Positions 1 to 14,216 are shown, numbered from the stretch's first letter. The stretch: DNA of 64,000 nt from Octopus vulgaris (GCA_951406725.2 OX597819.1:43338001-43402000), one strand, 5' to 3'. Numbers and translations are program-made. Notes: generated from the sequence alone by a model not told the origin.

Positions 1-427
1 TCATGTAGTGGGACTGAACCCGGAACCATGTGGTTGGGAAGCAAATTTCCAACCACAGTCATGCCTTCGGCTATAAAAGAAAAAACTACCTCCGTGTCTT
101 TGTGCGTAAATCTATGTATCTCTTTCTCTCCCCCTCTGTTTCTCTCTTATACACAGACACACACATACACACACACGCACACACACAAGACAAGCTATAA
201 ACAATGGTCCATTATATATTTTTCCTTTATTAGAGCAAATTTGGCTTACAGCTGTTTCATTATAGGTACATTACGGATAGCTTTACTCAGTTATTCTATT
301 AATCAGTTGAGGAAAATTGAACAACCTAAAAAGACTAATGCTACTTTCGTCATTGCCATTTGTGTTTATCTGGTTATACATTAATTATTATATTTACCGA
401 CTATGATGCGATATCTAATATGATATG

Positions 428-1276
428 CTAGCTAACTCCGTGCCGTCAAAAATGGCGGTTAATTGTCGTATTTTATATACAAATAAGGTACAGAAACAAG
501 TTTTTAGTTTAATAATTCCCTTATTACCAAATTTTTTGTGAAAAATCTCTCCGCAATTAACATCCCTTGACTGTTTGTTTCCTTTAAAGAGTTTTCCTTC
601 CTTCTTGTACGACTTCAGGCCGCATAAAGCTGGCCGTGACTAAATACGGGATAGAATATAGAACATTCTATCAATGTTATCTGGTGGTTATCAATGTTAT
701 CAATGTTATCTGGTGGTTGTCTTTTGAGATGTGACATCGATCACCGTTTGTTACTGAAAGAAAGCTGATTCACACATACACACATTCACATACTTCCCTT
801 GTACACGCACATACATACACACATATACTCACGCAGAGTTGAAATGCTGTTTGACTTTTCTTTTCAGTTTTGAATGTTCACCAACCCACTTCCATTGCAC
901 ACACACAGACACATCTCACACTTATACATACACTCTCACAGAGTTGAAACGCTGTTTGATTTTTTTCACCATAAAATTTCCATCATCCCACTACCAAGTT
1001 TGCCACCGCTCATTCCTTCCTTATTCATCTATCACACCTTCCTTTCTCATTCATATGTTGTGACGGAGAAAAACACATAAGTATTATTACAGCAGTTAAG
1101 ACACACGACGCTCTCTTTACCGCTTCCTCTCTCTCATTGCTATTACTTTCTCTCACTCCCTCTCAGTCATAGCTATTACTCTCACTACTTCTCCTTCACT
1201 GAATTACTATTTTCTGTCCTCTCCCTTGACTTATACTACTCTTTCTCCTACTTCCTCCTACTGCGTGATTTTGGAC

Positions 1277-1337
<61 letters not shown>

Positions 1338-1389
1338 GCACACACACACAAATATGTAAAAACACTACGCTCATTATTATATTAGGAGA
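428..1389 (-). mobile_element. Non-autonomous Helitron-like element
   Basis: On the minus strand it starts A|TCTCCTAATATAAT (1390/1389) and ends in CTAG (431-428), with a subterminal hairpin GCCGTC-AAAA-ATGGCGG (~442-459). It contains an internal imperfect tandem duplication at ~770-970. Confidence 0.6.
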
Positions 1390-1743
1390 TGATATAATAT
1401 AATGCATATATTATATTACATTATACTATATGTCGCATGTCGCATCATAGCCGGTAGATAAAATAATGAATGTAAAAAATATAAAGCATTTGGTATAGGT
1501 AATAGAATAAATATATTTTGCACTTGTAAGAGACAGAAATTAACTTAATACTAGGGCTACAATTGCTTTCGTGATCTCGAACTTCAGGCTTTGTTCATCT
1601 CCAAATCGTATAAACATATTTTTGTACTATGTGAAAATAAGCAAGGCCTGGGAAGACCCTGATGGCGAACCTAATGACAAATAAGCTAACACGATAAGTT
1701 AACTCATATTGCCTTATAAAACACACGTATGTTTACACACAGT

Positions 1744-1797
<54 letters not shown>

Positions 1798-2152
1798 AGT
1801 TGTGTAAATTGGGATTGGCTTTCATTCAAACATGAGATATTAAAAACACGACTTCGTGTTTCAGCCCTCTATTTATTACGATTTCCTAATATCTTAATAG
1901 CCCGTTATGTTTCATTTGGTACATTAACGTTTCGAGATTTTCTCAAATCCTCATTTTTCAAAATAATCTCCAGTAATGTCATGTAGTCAAAGCGTTCTGC
2001 AGCAAGTCTGAAAGGCTTTTAGGAATAGTATCATAAATGAAAAAAATCATCAACGCCGGTTTCTAAATATAACGGCAAATATTGGGCATTTTCTTAAATA
2101 AGGTAATTGTCCACGAAGTACTTAGCCAGGAGGTAGTTGTCCTAGTTGCGAT

Positions 2153-2186
<34 letters not shown>

Positions 2187-2315
2187 TAGTAGTAGTAGTA
2201 GTAGTAGAAATTACGTTTTCTAACGACTGCTTCCGATATGTTTAGCGCTCAACGCAGATTTTCGTAATCCAGTTCATTCTCTCTCTGTCTCTCTCTGTCT
2301 ACCTATCTATCTACA

Positions 2316-2351
<36 letters not shown>

Positions 2352-2356
2352 TATAT

Positions 2357-2501
2357 GGGATCTTTCCTTCTCCTTGTTTCCGACGAAGAGCTCCGCTCGA
2401 AACGTTAAACCCTCCTTCCTTTCTTTCCTGAGCGTCAAATAATACTTTAATTGTTCCACGTCCTCGCGTTGCTGTTTTTTTCTGTGTTTTCTTGTTTGGA
2501 T

Positions 2502-2506
<5 letters not shown>
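2357..2506 (+). mobile_element. Short hammerhead-bearing element (PLE pseudo-LTR-like, family H1) in (TA)n
   Basis: Near-identical to 19733-19942 and 34446-34681. Flanked by (TA)n. Contains a hammerhead-like motif at 2376-2410. Confidence 0.7.
2376..2410 (+). ncRNA. Minimal type-I hammerhead ribozyme motif (U4C core variant)
   Basis: GTTT-CCGACGA-A-GAGC(TCC)GCTC-GAAA-CGTT-AAAC: helix I GTTT/AAAC, helix II GAGC/GCTC, palindromic helix III ACGT. Confidence 0.6.
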
Positions 2507-2589
<83 letters not shown>

Positions 2590-2668
2590 TAGAGAGAGAG
2601 AAAGCAGACTGGATTAAGAAAAATCGGAATGGGGCTCTGAAATACATTCATTCATTCATACATACATA

Positions 2669-3340
2669 TCAACCAAGTAACTGATGCACAAAAGGTATAG
2701 CGATGCAAGAAAAACAGTGAAATGAGACAACCGATGCAGACTTTGTGGAGTTAACACCGAAGATATCATCCGTATCATAAGTGGCTGTCCGATAAATGTC
2801 ATCACTATATTATCTACCGATGAGACATGATGTTGTAGGACACTATAATGAAATCTGTCGGAAGGATAACCCTGAGGACAAAGAAATAAGAACCCACAGT
2901 ATGGTTGAAACCATAGCCACTCATAATAAAAAGAAGTACTTGTGGAATGTCCCAGTGAAGACCTCAATAAAATGTAAGCACAACAGACCTGATATAATGA
3001 TTTGAGATAGAGATGTTAACATAAAGCTGAAGATCAGTGAAAAAGAGAATACCTATGCTGAACTATTGGGAAATCTGAGGTTACTCTATCAAGATTACAA
3101 GTTCAGGTTTATCTCTGTAATTATTGTGGCCCTGGGATATATAACACACTGCCTTAGGCTTCTCAAAACCAGAAATGATAAAGCTAATTCGAAGACTACA
3201 GATCCAATCCATCACTGGAACTGTAAAAATCTGCAAAACTTTCCAGAAGTTTATCATTTAAATAAATATGCAACTATATGCATGAGAATACATACATAAA
3301 GCAACACATTCAAATCTGCATGCATGCATACATACATACA
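2669..3340 (+). mobile_element. 5'-truncated R4/Dong-type non-LTR retrotransposon (RLE domain), decayed copy 1
   Basis: Translates to a zinc knuckle CRLCGVNTEDIIRIISGCP, an RHD motif and WNVPVKTSIKCKHNRPDIMI (restriction-like endonuclease). Has stops and a deletion; bounded by CATA/TACA repeats. Confidence 0.85.
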
Positions 3341-3358
3341 TACATACATACATACATA

Positions 3359-3985
3359 GACACTCATAATAAAGAGGAGTACTAGTGGAATGTCCCAGTG
3401 AAGACCTCAATAAAATGTAAGCACAACAGACCTGATATAATGATTTGAGATTGAGAACAGAAACTGTGTACAGTTGTGGAAATTAGCTGCCCAGCAGATG
3501 TTAACATAAAGCTGAAGATCAGTGAAAAAGAGAATACCTACGCTGAACTATTAAGAAATCTATTAAGAAATCTGCAGTTACTCTATCCAGATGACGAGTT
3601 AAGGTTTATCTCGGTAATTATTGGGACACTGGAATATGTAATATACTGCCGAAATACCAATCTGGAGAAATTAGGCTTTTCAAAAACAGAAAGGAGAAAG
3701 CTAATTCGAAGACTACAGATACAGTCCATCACTGTAACAGTAAAAATTTGTAAAACTTTCCAGAAATTTATCATTTAAATATTTATAAGCATGTCTAGAT
3801 ATGCAACTATATGCATGAGAATACATATATAAAGCAAACCATACAAATCTGCACAATATACATACAAACAAGCAAAAATACCTTGTTGTTGATGTTGAAA
3901 TTTCACTGAAGGAGCCCTGGCTCTAGGTTAGAAACCGGCTTTTTCTCTATTGACAAGAAATTTTGAAATAGAGCTCAACAATGAC
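3359..3985 (+). mobile_element. 5'-truncated R4/Dong-type non-LTR retrotransposon, copy 2 with 3' UTR
   Basis: Near-duplicate of copy 1 (HNRPDIMI...EISCPADVNIKLKISEKENTY...FISVIIG...TVKICKTFQKFII). The 3' end runs into a long (TACA)n tract. Confidence 0.85.
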
Positions 3986-4306
3986 ATATACACACACACA
4001 TACATACATACATACATGCATACATACACACATTCATACATACATACATACATACATACATACATACATACATACATACATACATACATACATACATACA
4101 TACATGCATGCATGCATGCATACATACATGCATGCATACATACATACATACATACATACATACATACATACATACATACATACATAATCATTACTCGTGT
4201 ATAAGTCGCACTAGTTATACTTCGAAAAATCTGGGGTGCGACTTTTACACGATTGTGTGTGCGCGTGTGCTTTCAATCACAATCCTCCGACCTGAAATTT
4301 ATATAT

Positions 4307-4351
<45 letters not shown>

Positions 4352-4481
4352 CATATATATTGATATATAAGGTTCGTACAGATGGACGCATGCGCACACG
4401 TACACACACACACAAACTCATTCACTTTTATGTCGATCTTAGTATATCATTTGCAATGAGCACTCAGTACAAGAAGCATAT

Positions 4482-4549
<68 letters not shown>

Positions 4550-5109
4550 TATATATACATATATATATTTGTATATATATATATTTATATACTGGAAGTA
4601 AATGAGAATGAATTCACTCTATCATTACTCTACTACATATACATATACACACAAAATTTATGCACGTCTGTGTGTGTGCCTGTATATTTCTGCCTCTATG
4701 TGTGTATATGATGTGTGTGTGTGTGTATATATCCGCTTTCAACCTTTTTTTTCTCTCCTATCTTAAAATTGGCCTTGTGCTTGCTTAGTTTAAAAAGAAA
4801 TTGGTTATTTGTTTTATTTTGTTAGCTTTTTATCTGTTTGTTTACGTTATTTTTATCATAGTTTTTTTTATTTCTTGTTTTTCATTTCATTCTTTTCTCA
4901 TTTTATTTTATTTTATTTTCCTTCCTTTTTTTTTTAGTTATTTTTATTCATTTGTTTTCTTCATTTCTTTATTTTTATTTTTCCTACATTTCTCAAACCG
5001 GCAATGGGGGAATTTATCTACAACTGTTGTCGGCCGGTCGCTGTGTGTCGCTAAATCCTTTGATGTGTCGGAACGCCTTTGTGCTACCTTATATGGTAGT
5101 ACGACGGCC

Positions 5110-5190
5110 ACTTACACTGTATTTGTTTACACTCTGTTTCCTTTGTAGTTTGTCGCCATCTTACTGGCAAGTAACAGAGACTTTATATAC
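5110..5190 (-). promoter_or_regulatory. Candidate minus-strand core promoter and short first exon
   Basis: Minus strand order: TATATAAAG (5189-5181), CCAGT Inr-like (~5165), AAGATGGCG YY1-like (5162-5154), donor GTAAGT (5115-5110). Lies in a repeat-free CpG-containing patch. Confidence 0.25.
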
Positions 5191-5769
5191 AAAGTAATGT
5201 TGGTGTAGTTTATAGTTGATAGTTGCTTTACCTCTTACACCTCCTCTCTCTGTGTATGTTTGTCTATCTCTCTATCGCTTTTTTTCAAATACACTGATTC
5301 ATATACACATATATTTAGGCTTTTTTTGCTTTCTTAGTTTTGTGAGTGTGTGCAAGTGTTACTCTGAATGTGTTTGTGTGTGTGTGTGTGTGTGTGGGGG
5401 GGGAAATATCGTTCGCTTTTTTTCCCCCCTTCGCTTTTAGCCTCTCGTTTTAAATGAAATCTCATTTAAACAGTCGCAGTTTATCTTAGTATGTCTATTT
5501 TCATATGTATGTATGGATAAACGTATGTTTGCTTGCATGCTTGTATATGTATGTATATATGTATGTATATATGTGTGTATGTATGTATGTATGTATGTAC
5601 GTATGTATGTATGTATGTATGTATGTATGTATGTATGTATGTATGTATGTATGTATGTATGTAGGTATGTATGTATGTGGGTAGGTATGTATGTAGATAT
5701 GTATGCATGTAGGTATTATGCACGCATACCTATTTCTATCTATTTATCACTACCTCTCTAGTGAGTAAC

Positions 5770-5870
<101 letters not shown>

Positions 5871-5938
5871 AATCTTTAATACGTATAAATGAATATACAT
5901 ATATATATATATATATATATATGTAGGTATATATATGT

Positions 5939-5996
<58 letters not shown>

Positions 5997-6271
5997 TCAA
6001 CAAGCCCAAAAAGTATATGGGTTTTACACATATATACACATTCGACCTATAGAAATAGCAGCCGTATCTCTCCTATATCACTCCCTACATTCTTAAAGAA
6101 GGGAAGAACACTTTAGGTATTATAATCCAAGATAGTGTGTAAATAAAAATAAAAAAAAAAATGAATGATATAGTTGTCAGGCTAGACCGTTCATAGGTCA
6201 GCTCAATCACCAGTGACCTAGGCCTAAACATGAGCAACAGAACATATTTCACACAGACACAGACAGACAGA

Positions 6272-6304
<33 letters not shown>

Positions 6305-6604
6305 ATGCACTTGCAAATACTTACCCATGCACCTATATATGTATATATATACATCTATGTTATATATATATATATAAATGTAGTAAAACATATACACATA
6401 CACACAAATACAGGTATATATACATTATATGTGCGCATATTTTCTTGTAACTCTGCATATATATATATATATACTTCTATAAATACACATGCATATACTT
6501 ACACATACACACGCGGACACACATATACACACATATATACAGGTATATATGCATGTGCTTATTTTGTTGTACTTATCGATACATACATATCTATATATAT
6601 GTAT

Positions 6605-6645
<41 letters not shown>

Positions 6646-6705
6646 CATATCTCTCTATATATATATGTATACATATATATCCATATACATATATACTTAC
6701 ATACC

Positions 6706-6764
<59 letters not shown>

Positions 6765-6781
6765 GTCTGTCTGTCTGTCTA

Positions 6782-6814
<33 letters not shown>

Positions 6815-7146
6815 ATATATATAAAATGGGAAGTGCTGGTTTATGAGATTATTTTAGGTTTCCTGTCCATAACGGGTTTAGCTTTATGGCGTTATCGTCA
6901 GATACCAAAACTTGTTGGCCTAAGGCCTAGACGATATATGATAAATATATATACATGTGTGTATATATATATACATGTGCGCGCGCGCGCGTAAATAGTT
7001 CTATGCATCTATATAACTATATATATATGTAGTTATATACCCGCATTCAAATATTTACGCACACACACAGATTACAGATATATTATAAGTGTATATTATC
7101 TGTATGTATACGCACACACACACGCACATACATATATATATGTAAT

Positions 7147-7539
7147 GGTGCAGGCATGGCTGTGTGGTAGGAAGCTTGCTTCCCAACCACATGTTTACAG
7201 GTTCAATCCCACTGTGTGGAACCTTGGGTAAGTGTCTTCTGCTATAGCCTCGGGCCGATCAAAGCCTTGGTAGATGGAAACTGAAAGAAGCCCGTCGTGT
7301 ATGTGTGTGTATGTCTTTGTACTTGTTTGCCTCACCCAACCCCCACTATCGCCTCACAACCGATGTTGGTCTGCTTACGTCCCTGTAAGTTGACGGTTCG
7401 GCGAAAAACTCACCAATAGAATAAGTACTAGGCTTATGAAGAATAAGTCCTGGGGTCGATTTCTTCGTTGAAAACACTTTAAGGCGGTGCTCTAGCATGG
7501 CCACAGTCAAATTACTGAAACAAGTAAAAGAATAAGAGA
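7147..7539 (+). mobile_element. tRNA-derived SINE family 1 (CORE-like), full length
   Basis: A box TGGCTGTGTGG, B box GGTTCAATCCC, CORE-like CCTTGGGTAAGT, internal microsatellite, tail ...GGCCACAGTCAAATTACTGAAACAAGTAAAAGA. Many copies in the window. Confidence 0.85.
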
Positions 7540-7571
7540 ATGCATATATATTATACAAATATGTATATATT

Positions 7572-7980
7572 ACTCTTTTACTTTTTTACTTGTTTGTCAT
7601 TTGACTGTGGCCATGCTGGAGCACCACCTTTAGTGGAGCAAATCAACCGCAGGACTTATTCTTTGTTCGCCTAGTACTTATTCTATCTGTCTCTTTCACC
7701 GAACTGCTAAGTTACTGGGACATAAACACACCAGCAACGGTTGTCAAGCGTTGCTGGGGGGACAAACACAGACACACAAACATGTATACACACACACACA
7801 CACCACACACACATGCACATATATACGACGGGCTTCTTTCAGTTTCCGTCTACCAAATCTACTCACAAGGCTTTGGTCGGCTATAGTAGAAGACGCTTGC
7901 CCAAGGTGCCACGTAGTGGGACTGAACCCGGAACCATGTGTTTGGTAAGCAAGCCACTTACCACACAGCCACTCCTACGC
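7572..7980 (-). mobile_element. SINE family 1
   Basis: Reverse-complement match to the family 1 head and tail. Confidence 0.85.
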
Positions 7981-8032
7981 ATATTACACATATGTACGTA
8001 TGAACGTGTGTGGATGTGTGTGTCTATCTATA

Positions 8033-8159
<127 letters not shown>

Positions 8160-8660
8160 ATATATATATATAACACTCAATGTCCTTTCGCCCCTATCAC
8201 TGTGTTTGTACACTTTACGACTCTTTCATTGTCCCCCTCTCATTTTGTCTCTGTTACCTCCCACCTCTGACTCTCTTTCACCCCCTTTCTGCCTCTTCCT
8301 TACTCTCCTATCATTTTTCACATAACTCTAACCATCCTCTTTCATCTGTCAATGTTGTTTAGTTAAAATATTTCCTTTATTGCTTTTAACTTTTTTTGTA
8401 TTTTGTGTCATTCTTGCTATTTTTTTTCTTCTCTTTTTCTCGTTTCCCTATAATCTTGGACCTTCTCCGTTTTCTTTATCTTCTCTTCTCTCTTCACCCA
8501 CATTTTGTGTATGTACATGTGCATCTCTCACGTTCTCTCTCTCTCTCTCTCTCTCTCTCTATTTATACATACATACAACTGAAATTTTTCAAGGCGGTAC
8601 CCCAGCATGGCCACAGTCTAATGACTGAAACAGTGTAAAATCATACATACATACATACAT

Positions 8661-9022
8661 ACTCTTTTACTTGTTTCAGTCATTTCACTACGGCCATGTT
8701 GGAGCACCGCCTTTAGTCGAGCAAATCGACCCCAGGACTTATTCTTTGTAAGCCTAGTACTTATTCTATCGGTCTCTTTTTGCTGAACCGCTAAGTTACG
8801 GGGACGTAAACACACCATTGCTGGTTGTCAAGCGATGTTGGGGAGGGGACAAACACAGACACACACACATATATATATACACATATATTCGACGGGCTTC
8901 TTTCGGTTTCTGTCTACCAAATCCACTCACAAGACACTTGCCCAAGGTGACACGCTGTGGGACTGAACCCGGAACCATGTGGTTGGTAAGCAAGCTACTT
9001 ACCACACAGCCACTCCTGCACC
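8661..9022 (-). mobile_element. SINE family 1
   Basis: Reverse-complement match with an internal deletion. Confidence 0.85.
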
Positions 9023-9060
9023 TACATACATACATACATACATACATACATACATACATA

Positions 9061-9345
9061 AAAGATGCACTTTTAGCTTCATATATATTGCTATTGGAGC
9101 AAAAGGATATTTGCCAACCCGCGTGGACCAAAGTATGGCTGAACTTGGATTCTTTGGAAAAGAACGCAAATCCCTAATTCTTGCACTACAAATGATCGCA
9201 ATATCTGGGACTATAAACATCTACAATGCCTTGTTTTAAGAGCTAAAGTACGATGGACAAAGCAAGATGCTTGCCTTCACAACCATACTACCAACCAGGT
9301 GGCCGGTCAAGATTTATTCCAAATCAAGAAAAGAGAACACATACA
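9061..9345 (+). mobile_element. 3' end of a second, divergent RLE-type non-LTR element in (TACA)n
   Basis: FSFIYIAIGAKGYLP...AELGFFGKERKSLILALQMIAISGTINI aligns by eye to the C-terminus at 3600-3778 (RFISVIIGTLEY...EKLGFSKTERRKLIRRLQIQSITVTVKI). (TACA)n on both sides. Confidence 0.65.
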
Positions 9346-9525
9346 AACATACATACATACATACATACATACATACATACATACATACATACATACATAC
9401 ATAAGAAATGAAGGTCACACGATACATGGTATGGTAAACTCGATTGTGCTTAAAAAGACTAGGTTGTCACATCTGGAATACATTTCATCAAATCTCCATA
9501 TGATTAGATTTGCCCTGGAAATAAC

Positions 9526-9557
<32 letters not shown>

Positions 9558-11230
9558 TGTATGTATGTATGTATGTATGTATGTATGTATGTATGTATGT
9601 ATATTTGTATGTATGTATGTACCCTCCTATGTATGGGTTTACACACGCATATATATTTATTTATCTATATATGTTTGTATATGAATATTTTGTATGAGCG
9701 TTAAAATCTATGTAACATCTATTATATAACAAAATTACGAAACAGCTGTAAACATATGGAATAAACATCTACTCCCTCACATCACTTTCTTATCTGTTCT
9801 GTCCCTCTCTTTGTACATACATGCATGCACACACACACATACACACACATACACGGGGGAAGAATGAGAATTCATGAAAGAATTTAGAGAGGAAAGAAAA
9901 TATGTGATGTCTGTTCAAGTGTGGATTTGTTGGTTATTATGGCTTATGCCTGTGTGGGCGTAAATATGTGTGCGTGCGAGTGTGTGTGACTGTACTAACG
10001 CGTGCGCGCGCTAGCGTAAGTTTGTATGTGTGTGTGCAGACGTTGCGATCCTTCATTTTCCCCCAAATTTCCCTACCCATGCATCATCCGCGCAGACTTG
10101 ACACCACGCAACAGATCTGAAATAATTTTACAAGCAAAGACCTTGGGAGAACCCTTTAGCGGTGCCATGCTAACTTTTTTCTTTTAACAAAAAAAAAAGT
10201 AAAGAAAACTCAAGTACAACTCATATGAAGCAAACACCCAACTCATCGCTCTTTCACTAAACATGAGTGGCACTCAGTGCCCTCACAGTCACTCCAAATG
10301 CTAGGTCTCACTCTCACCGAATATTTCTTCTGGCGGAAAAGCATCCTTTGCTTAGCTTGGACTGCTTCCTAAAGACTGGTCTTTCTCTTCAGGGATAGAA
10401 AATATCTCAGGCCCACAAAACTACCGATAGGCTACACAATTCAAGTTTAGGCCCACAACAAGGTTCAAGTTTAGACCCTTACATCCGAAATGCTGTTACT
10501 ACAACGCACGCAAACCACACTGGACTGTATGCACACAGAAAGGACACTTGACTACTTGCTATTCGACTGCTCACGCTCCTACCTCTGATCCTCCGGGGTG
10601 CTGTCTCCTCTCTTTGACTCACCTATTGCTGACACAACGGCCTCTCGAAGTTAACTGCTCTCGTACCTCAACCATTCGGGGACGCCGACTCACTCGTCTT
10701 TCCATCTCTCGTCTATGTTGGTGTCTCTGGCACCTTGATCTCCTCTCCATTAGTTATTCGTTTTCTAGTCCTTTCCCCACAGAAGTTTCATCTCTCTAGA
10801 ATCTTCTAACTCATGTCTTTGATGCAGTTGCTGACTTACCTACAACAGTAAAAAAAAAAATGGAAGATTATCGGTATGAAACTCACCAGTCTAGATAGGC
10901 CTCCGAAGATCATGTGCAATGAATGCCTCTTCTTCTATACTAGATATAGGAAATGGGTTGCATGAAACATGGATCACAACCAAGCGGACTGCACTACTAA
11001 AAAAAAAAAAAAAATCAAGGTAATATTCCGTTGGTGTGTCGGTCAGAAAATTCCACGGGCAGCGGTTTAACGTCTAGACCCAAATGCACGCGCGTGCGCA
11101 TACATGTATATATGTATATATATGTATATATATATTTATATATGTATATGCGTATGTGTGTATGTAGGCATTTGTGCATATATGTGTATATGTGTGTATG
11201 TGTGAGTGTGTGTATGTGTGTGTGTGTGTA

Positions 11231-11358
11231 GTTGAAATTTACAGAAAAACTAAGGACGAAGACAGGTGTATAAACAACAAGCAGGTGTATTAGTTTGACG
11301 GTCGGGAAAGTGAGAAAGTCTTTTACGTTTCGAGCCTACGCTCTTCAACGAGAATAGG

Positions 11359-11360
<2 letters not shown>
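11231..11360 (-). mobile_element. Short hammerhead-bearing element (family H2), degenerate core
   Basis: Homologous to 52510-52703. Minus strand reads ...CGTTGA-A-GAGC(GTAG)GCTC-GAAACGTA-AAAGA. Confidence 0.55.
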
Positions 11361-11436
<76 letters not shown>

Positions 11437-11559
11437 TGTTTTTGTCCTGTTATTACTATTATTGTTTTTTGTATTTATATTCGTGTGGCTTCGTCCGTTT
11501 TTCTGTCCTTGTTTCGTATATATTCGATCCTTTTTCCAAGAAATCTAATGCTCGTAGCT

Positions 11560-11722
11560 TAGTTTTTCATTGGGGCTGGCCGGATCGGAGTGATCTCAAG
11601 ATTAATCAGCCGAAATTGCGAGGATGATCCGGTTCTTGACTGAAGATTAGAGGCTTCGAATGACCCGTCGTTTTTTGTGTCGTCTATTTGAGTGTTTTGC
11701 GTTCTTGTCCCAATTTGTTTTT
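11560..11722 (+). repeat. Dispersed repeat in TA/CA microsatellites (other copies at 20005-20122 minus and 44043-44165 plus)
   Basis: Shared CAGCCGAAATTGCGAGGATGATCCG...CTGAAGATT...GTTCTTGTCCCA in three places. Confidence 0.7.
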
Positions 11723-11851
11723 TTATATATATTTTATATATATATGTATATATATATGTATATATGTATATATATACATATATATATGCACACACACACA
11801 CATATATATATATACACATATATATATACACACACATATATATATATACAT

Positions 11852-11888
<37 letters not shown>

Positions 11889-11993
11889 GAGAGAGATATA
11901 TATATATATTTATATGATACATACTTTATATATATTATATACATATATGTTGTGTGTCTGTGAACATGTTTAATATGTATGTATGTATACTAC

Positions 11994-12024
<31 letters not shown>

Positions 12025-12551
12025 ATACATAGATACGGTTGCATGTGTATGTGTGAGAGAGAGCGCGCGCGTGGAGATCGGTAGCATATCGCTTATTAGT
12101 CTTCTATGAAAATCACCCCTTAGTCACTTCTTACTCCCCTCGCCCTCTACTTTTATCTCTCTCTCTTCTTCCTAAGTCTCTACCCCCTCTCTCTCCTTCC
12201 TAACTCTCTACCCCCTCTCTCTCCTTCCTAACTCTCTACCCCCTCTCTCCTCCCATGACTGAAATCTCTCTCTAGGCTCTAGACTATCAAACTGTATTTC
12301 GTAATCTATCATAAACTTGTCTACCAAAAATAAAATAAAAGGAAGAAAAAAATACATAAAAACATCCTGTCACTGTTCCTCTCATATTGTATATACAGTC
12401 ATTTGCATAGAATATTCAAATTATTTTATGCAAATTATTTCGCTAGTTTTAAACTAACGTAAATATTTGTTGGAGTTAATTTTTAGTTTAATTTTTAGTT
12501 TACAGTTCATGGAATGAAATAAAATAAGATTTCGCTGTTGGTGATTATTTT

Positions 12552-12982
12552 GAATCTTTTCGGTTTGAACGGCAGTTTTTTCTAGCGGTGTCATATGAAA
12601 TTGTCACCCATAATTATGACCCTAGAATCGATCTATTGCATTTCAATCTGTTTTAGAGTTAGGGTTAGGGTTAGGGGTGGGGGGAAGGGTATTTTTTTTT
12701 TCTTCAGAAATGTAAATAAATCCAATCTGTTTCTTAAACGAGGGACATATTCATACGACACAGAATGATTTTACCTCAATGGACGTAATTGATTGGTTGA
12801 AATTGCAGAAATTGAAACAACAAATATCTTACAAACTATAGAATTTTCTCAATAAAGCCAAGAGAAAAAGATGTTTTATAAACATATTCTACCAGTATAC
12901 GAAGTTTAAAATTTTTTAGTTACCTAGTTACCTAGAATTTTAGTTACCTAGTTTTTAACTGCCGTTCAAACCGAAAAGGTCC
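12552..12982. mobile_element. MITE with GGATCTTTTCGGTTTGAACGGCAG TIRs and internal TTAGGG repeats (possibly Merlin-like)
   Basis: About 24-bp TIRs and a near-perfect 8-9 bp flanking duplication (gattatttt/tattatttt). Four copies in the window. Confidence 0.8.
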
Positions 12983-13591
12983 TATTATTTTAATATTCTC
13001 TTTTTTTCTTAGATTTTTTTTTTGCTTTTGTTGTCTTACTCTTCATTTATTTTCATTGAAAATGACGAAAAAATGGGTTGTCGGAAGGTGGTGGTGGTGG
13101 TAGAAATGGTAGAGAGACAGAGTGTGAGAGAGAGAGAGAAAGATGATGATGATGATGATGATGATGATGGTGATGATGGTGGCAATGGAGATGAGGATGA
13201 TGATGATGGTGATGGTCCTAATGATGATGACGATAACGATGATCATGATAATGGTGGTGGTAGCAGCAACGGTGGTGGTTGGCGGTATACAATCTTTGAT
13301 TAATATTTACAAGACCAAGTACGGTGATGGTGGTGTAGCTTATAGTGGCTGTAGTGGCTTAGACAGGATCACAAAAAGAAACCAAAAACAAAAAAAAACA
13401 AAAGCGATTACCACCACTTCAGTGATGATAATGATGATGATGATGATGATGATGATTCTTTTCTATTTTTCTCAAAGATATAGAAGGTAAATATCCAGAA
13501 AATAAAGAACGGGATGTGACATGTTATCTCATAAAAATTATATTGTAAATACAATATGAAGATATAAATATAAATAATGCAGTTGTGTCGT

Positions 13592-13595
13592 AATA

Positions 13596-13660
<65 letters not shown>

Positions 13661-13803
13661 AATGATGATGATAATAATGATGATGATGATAATAATAATA
13701 ATAAAAATAATAATAATAATGATAATGATGATAATAATAGATGATAATAATAATAATAATGATAATAATAATAATAATGATAATAATAATAATAATAATA
13801 ATA

Positions 13804-13834
<31 letters not shown>

Positions 13835-13860
13835 TGATAATAATAATAATAATAATAATA

Positions 13861-13913
<53 letters not shown>

Positions 13914-14175
13914 AATAATGATAATGATGATAATAATAGATGATAATAATAATAATAATGATGATAATAATAATAATAATAATATTAATAATGATAATGA
14001 TGATAATAATACATGATAATAATAAATAATAATAATAATAATAATGATAATAATAATAATAATGATAATAATAATAATGATGATGATAATAAAAATAATA
14101 ATGATAATGATAATAATAATAATGATGATGATAATAATAATAATAATAATAATAGTAATAATAATAATAATGATG

Positions 14176-14216
<41 letters not shown>

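Noticed and set aside
442-459. AAAATGGCGG YY1-like promoter motif
   Set aside because: Better explained as the subterminal hairpin of the Helitron ending at 428.
4197-4250. Hairpin CGTGTATAAGTCGCAC / GTGCGACTTTTACACG as a pre-miRNA
   Set aside because: Resembles the subterminal inverted repeats of pogo/Tc2-type DNA transposons; no miRNA evidence.
6835-6908. Minus-strand CTGACGA-TAACG...CGTTA hammerhead-like start
   Set aside because: GAAA does not follow helix II directly and there is no convincing helix III.
7147-7220. tRNA genes at SINE heads (also 15470-15537)
   Set aside because: A and B boxes are present, but the sequence continues into SINE bodies and does not form a complete cloverleaf.
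10491-10847. Possible solo LTR (TG...CA ends)
   Set aside because: No clean TSD and no second copy in the window; not supportable.
11608-11660. CTGAAGA...CGAA in the 11560/20005/44043 repeat as a hammerhead
   Set aside because: Lacks the GAAA-helix III-UH geometry in all three copies.
13022-13303. Acidic Asp/Gly-rich 93-aa ORF
   Set aside because: Built from (GAT)n, (GGT)n and (GA)n repeats, with no splice or homology support.
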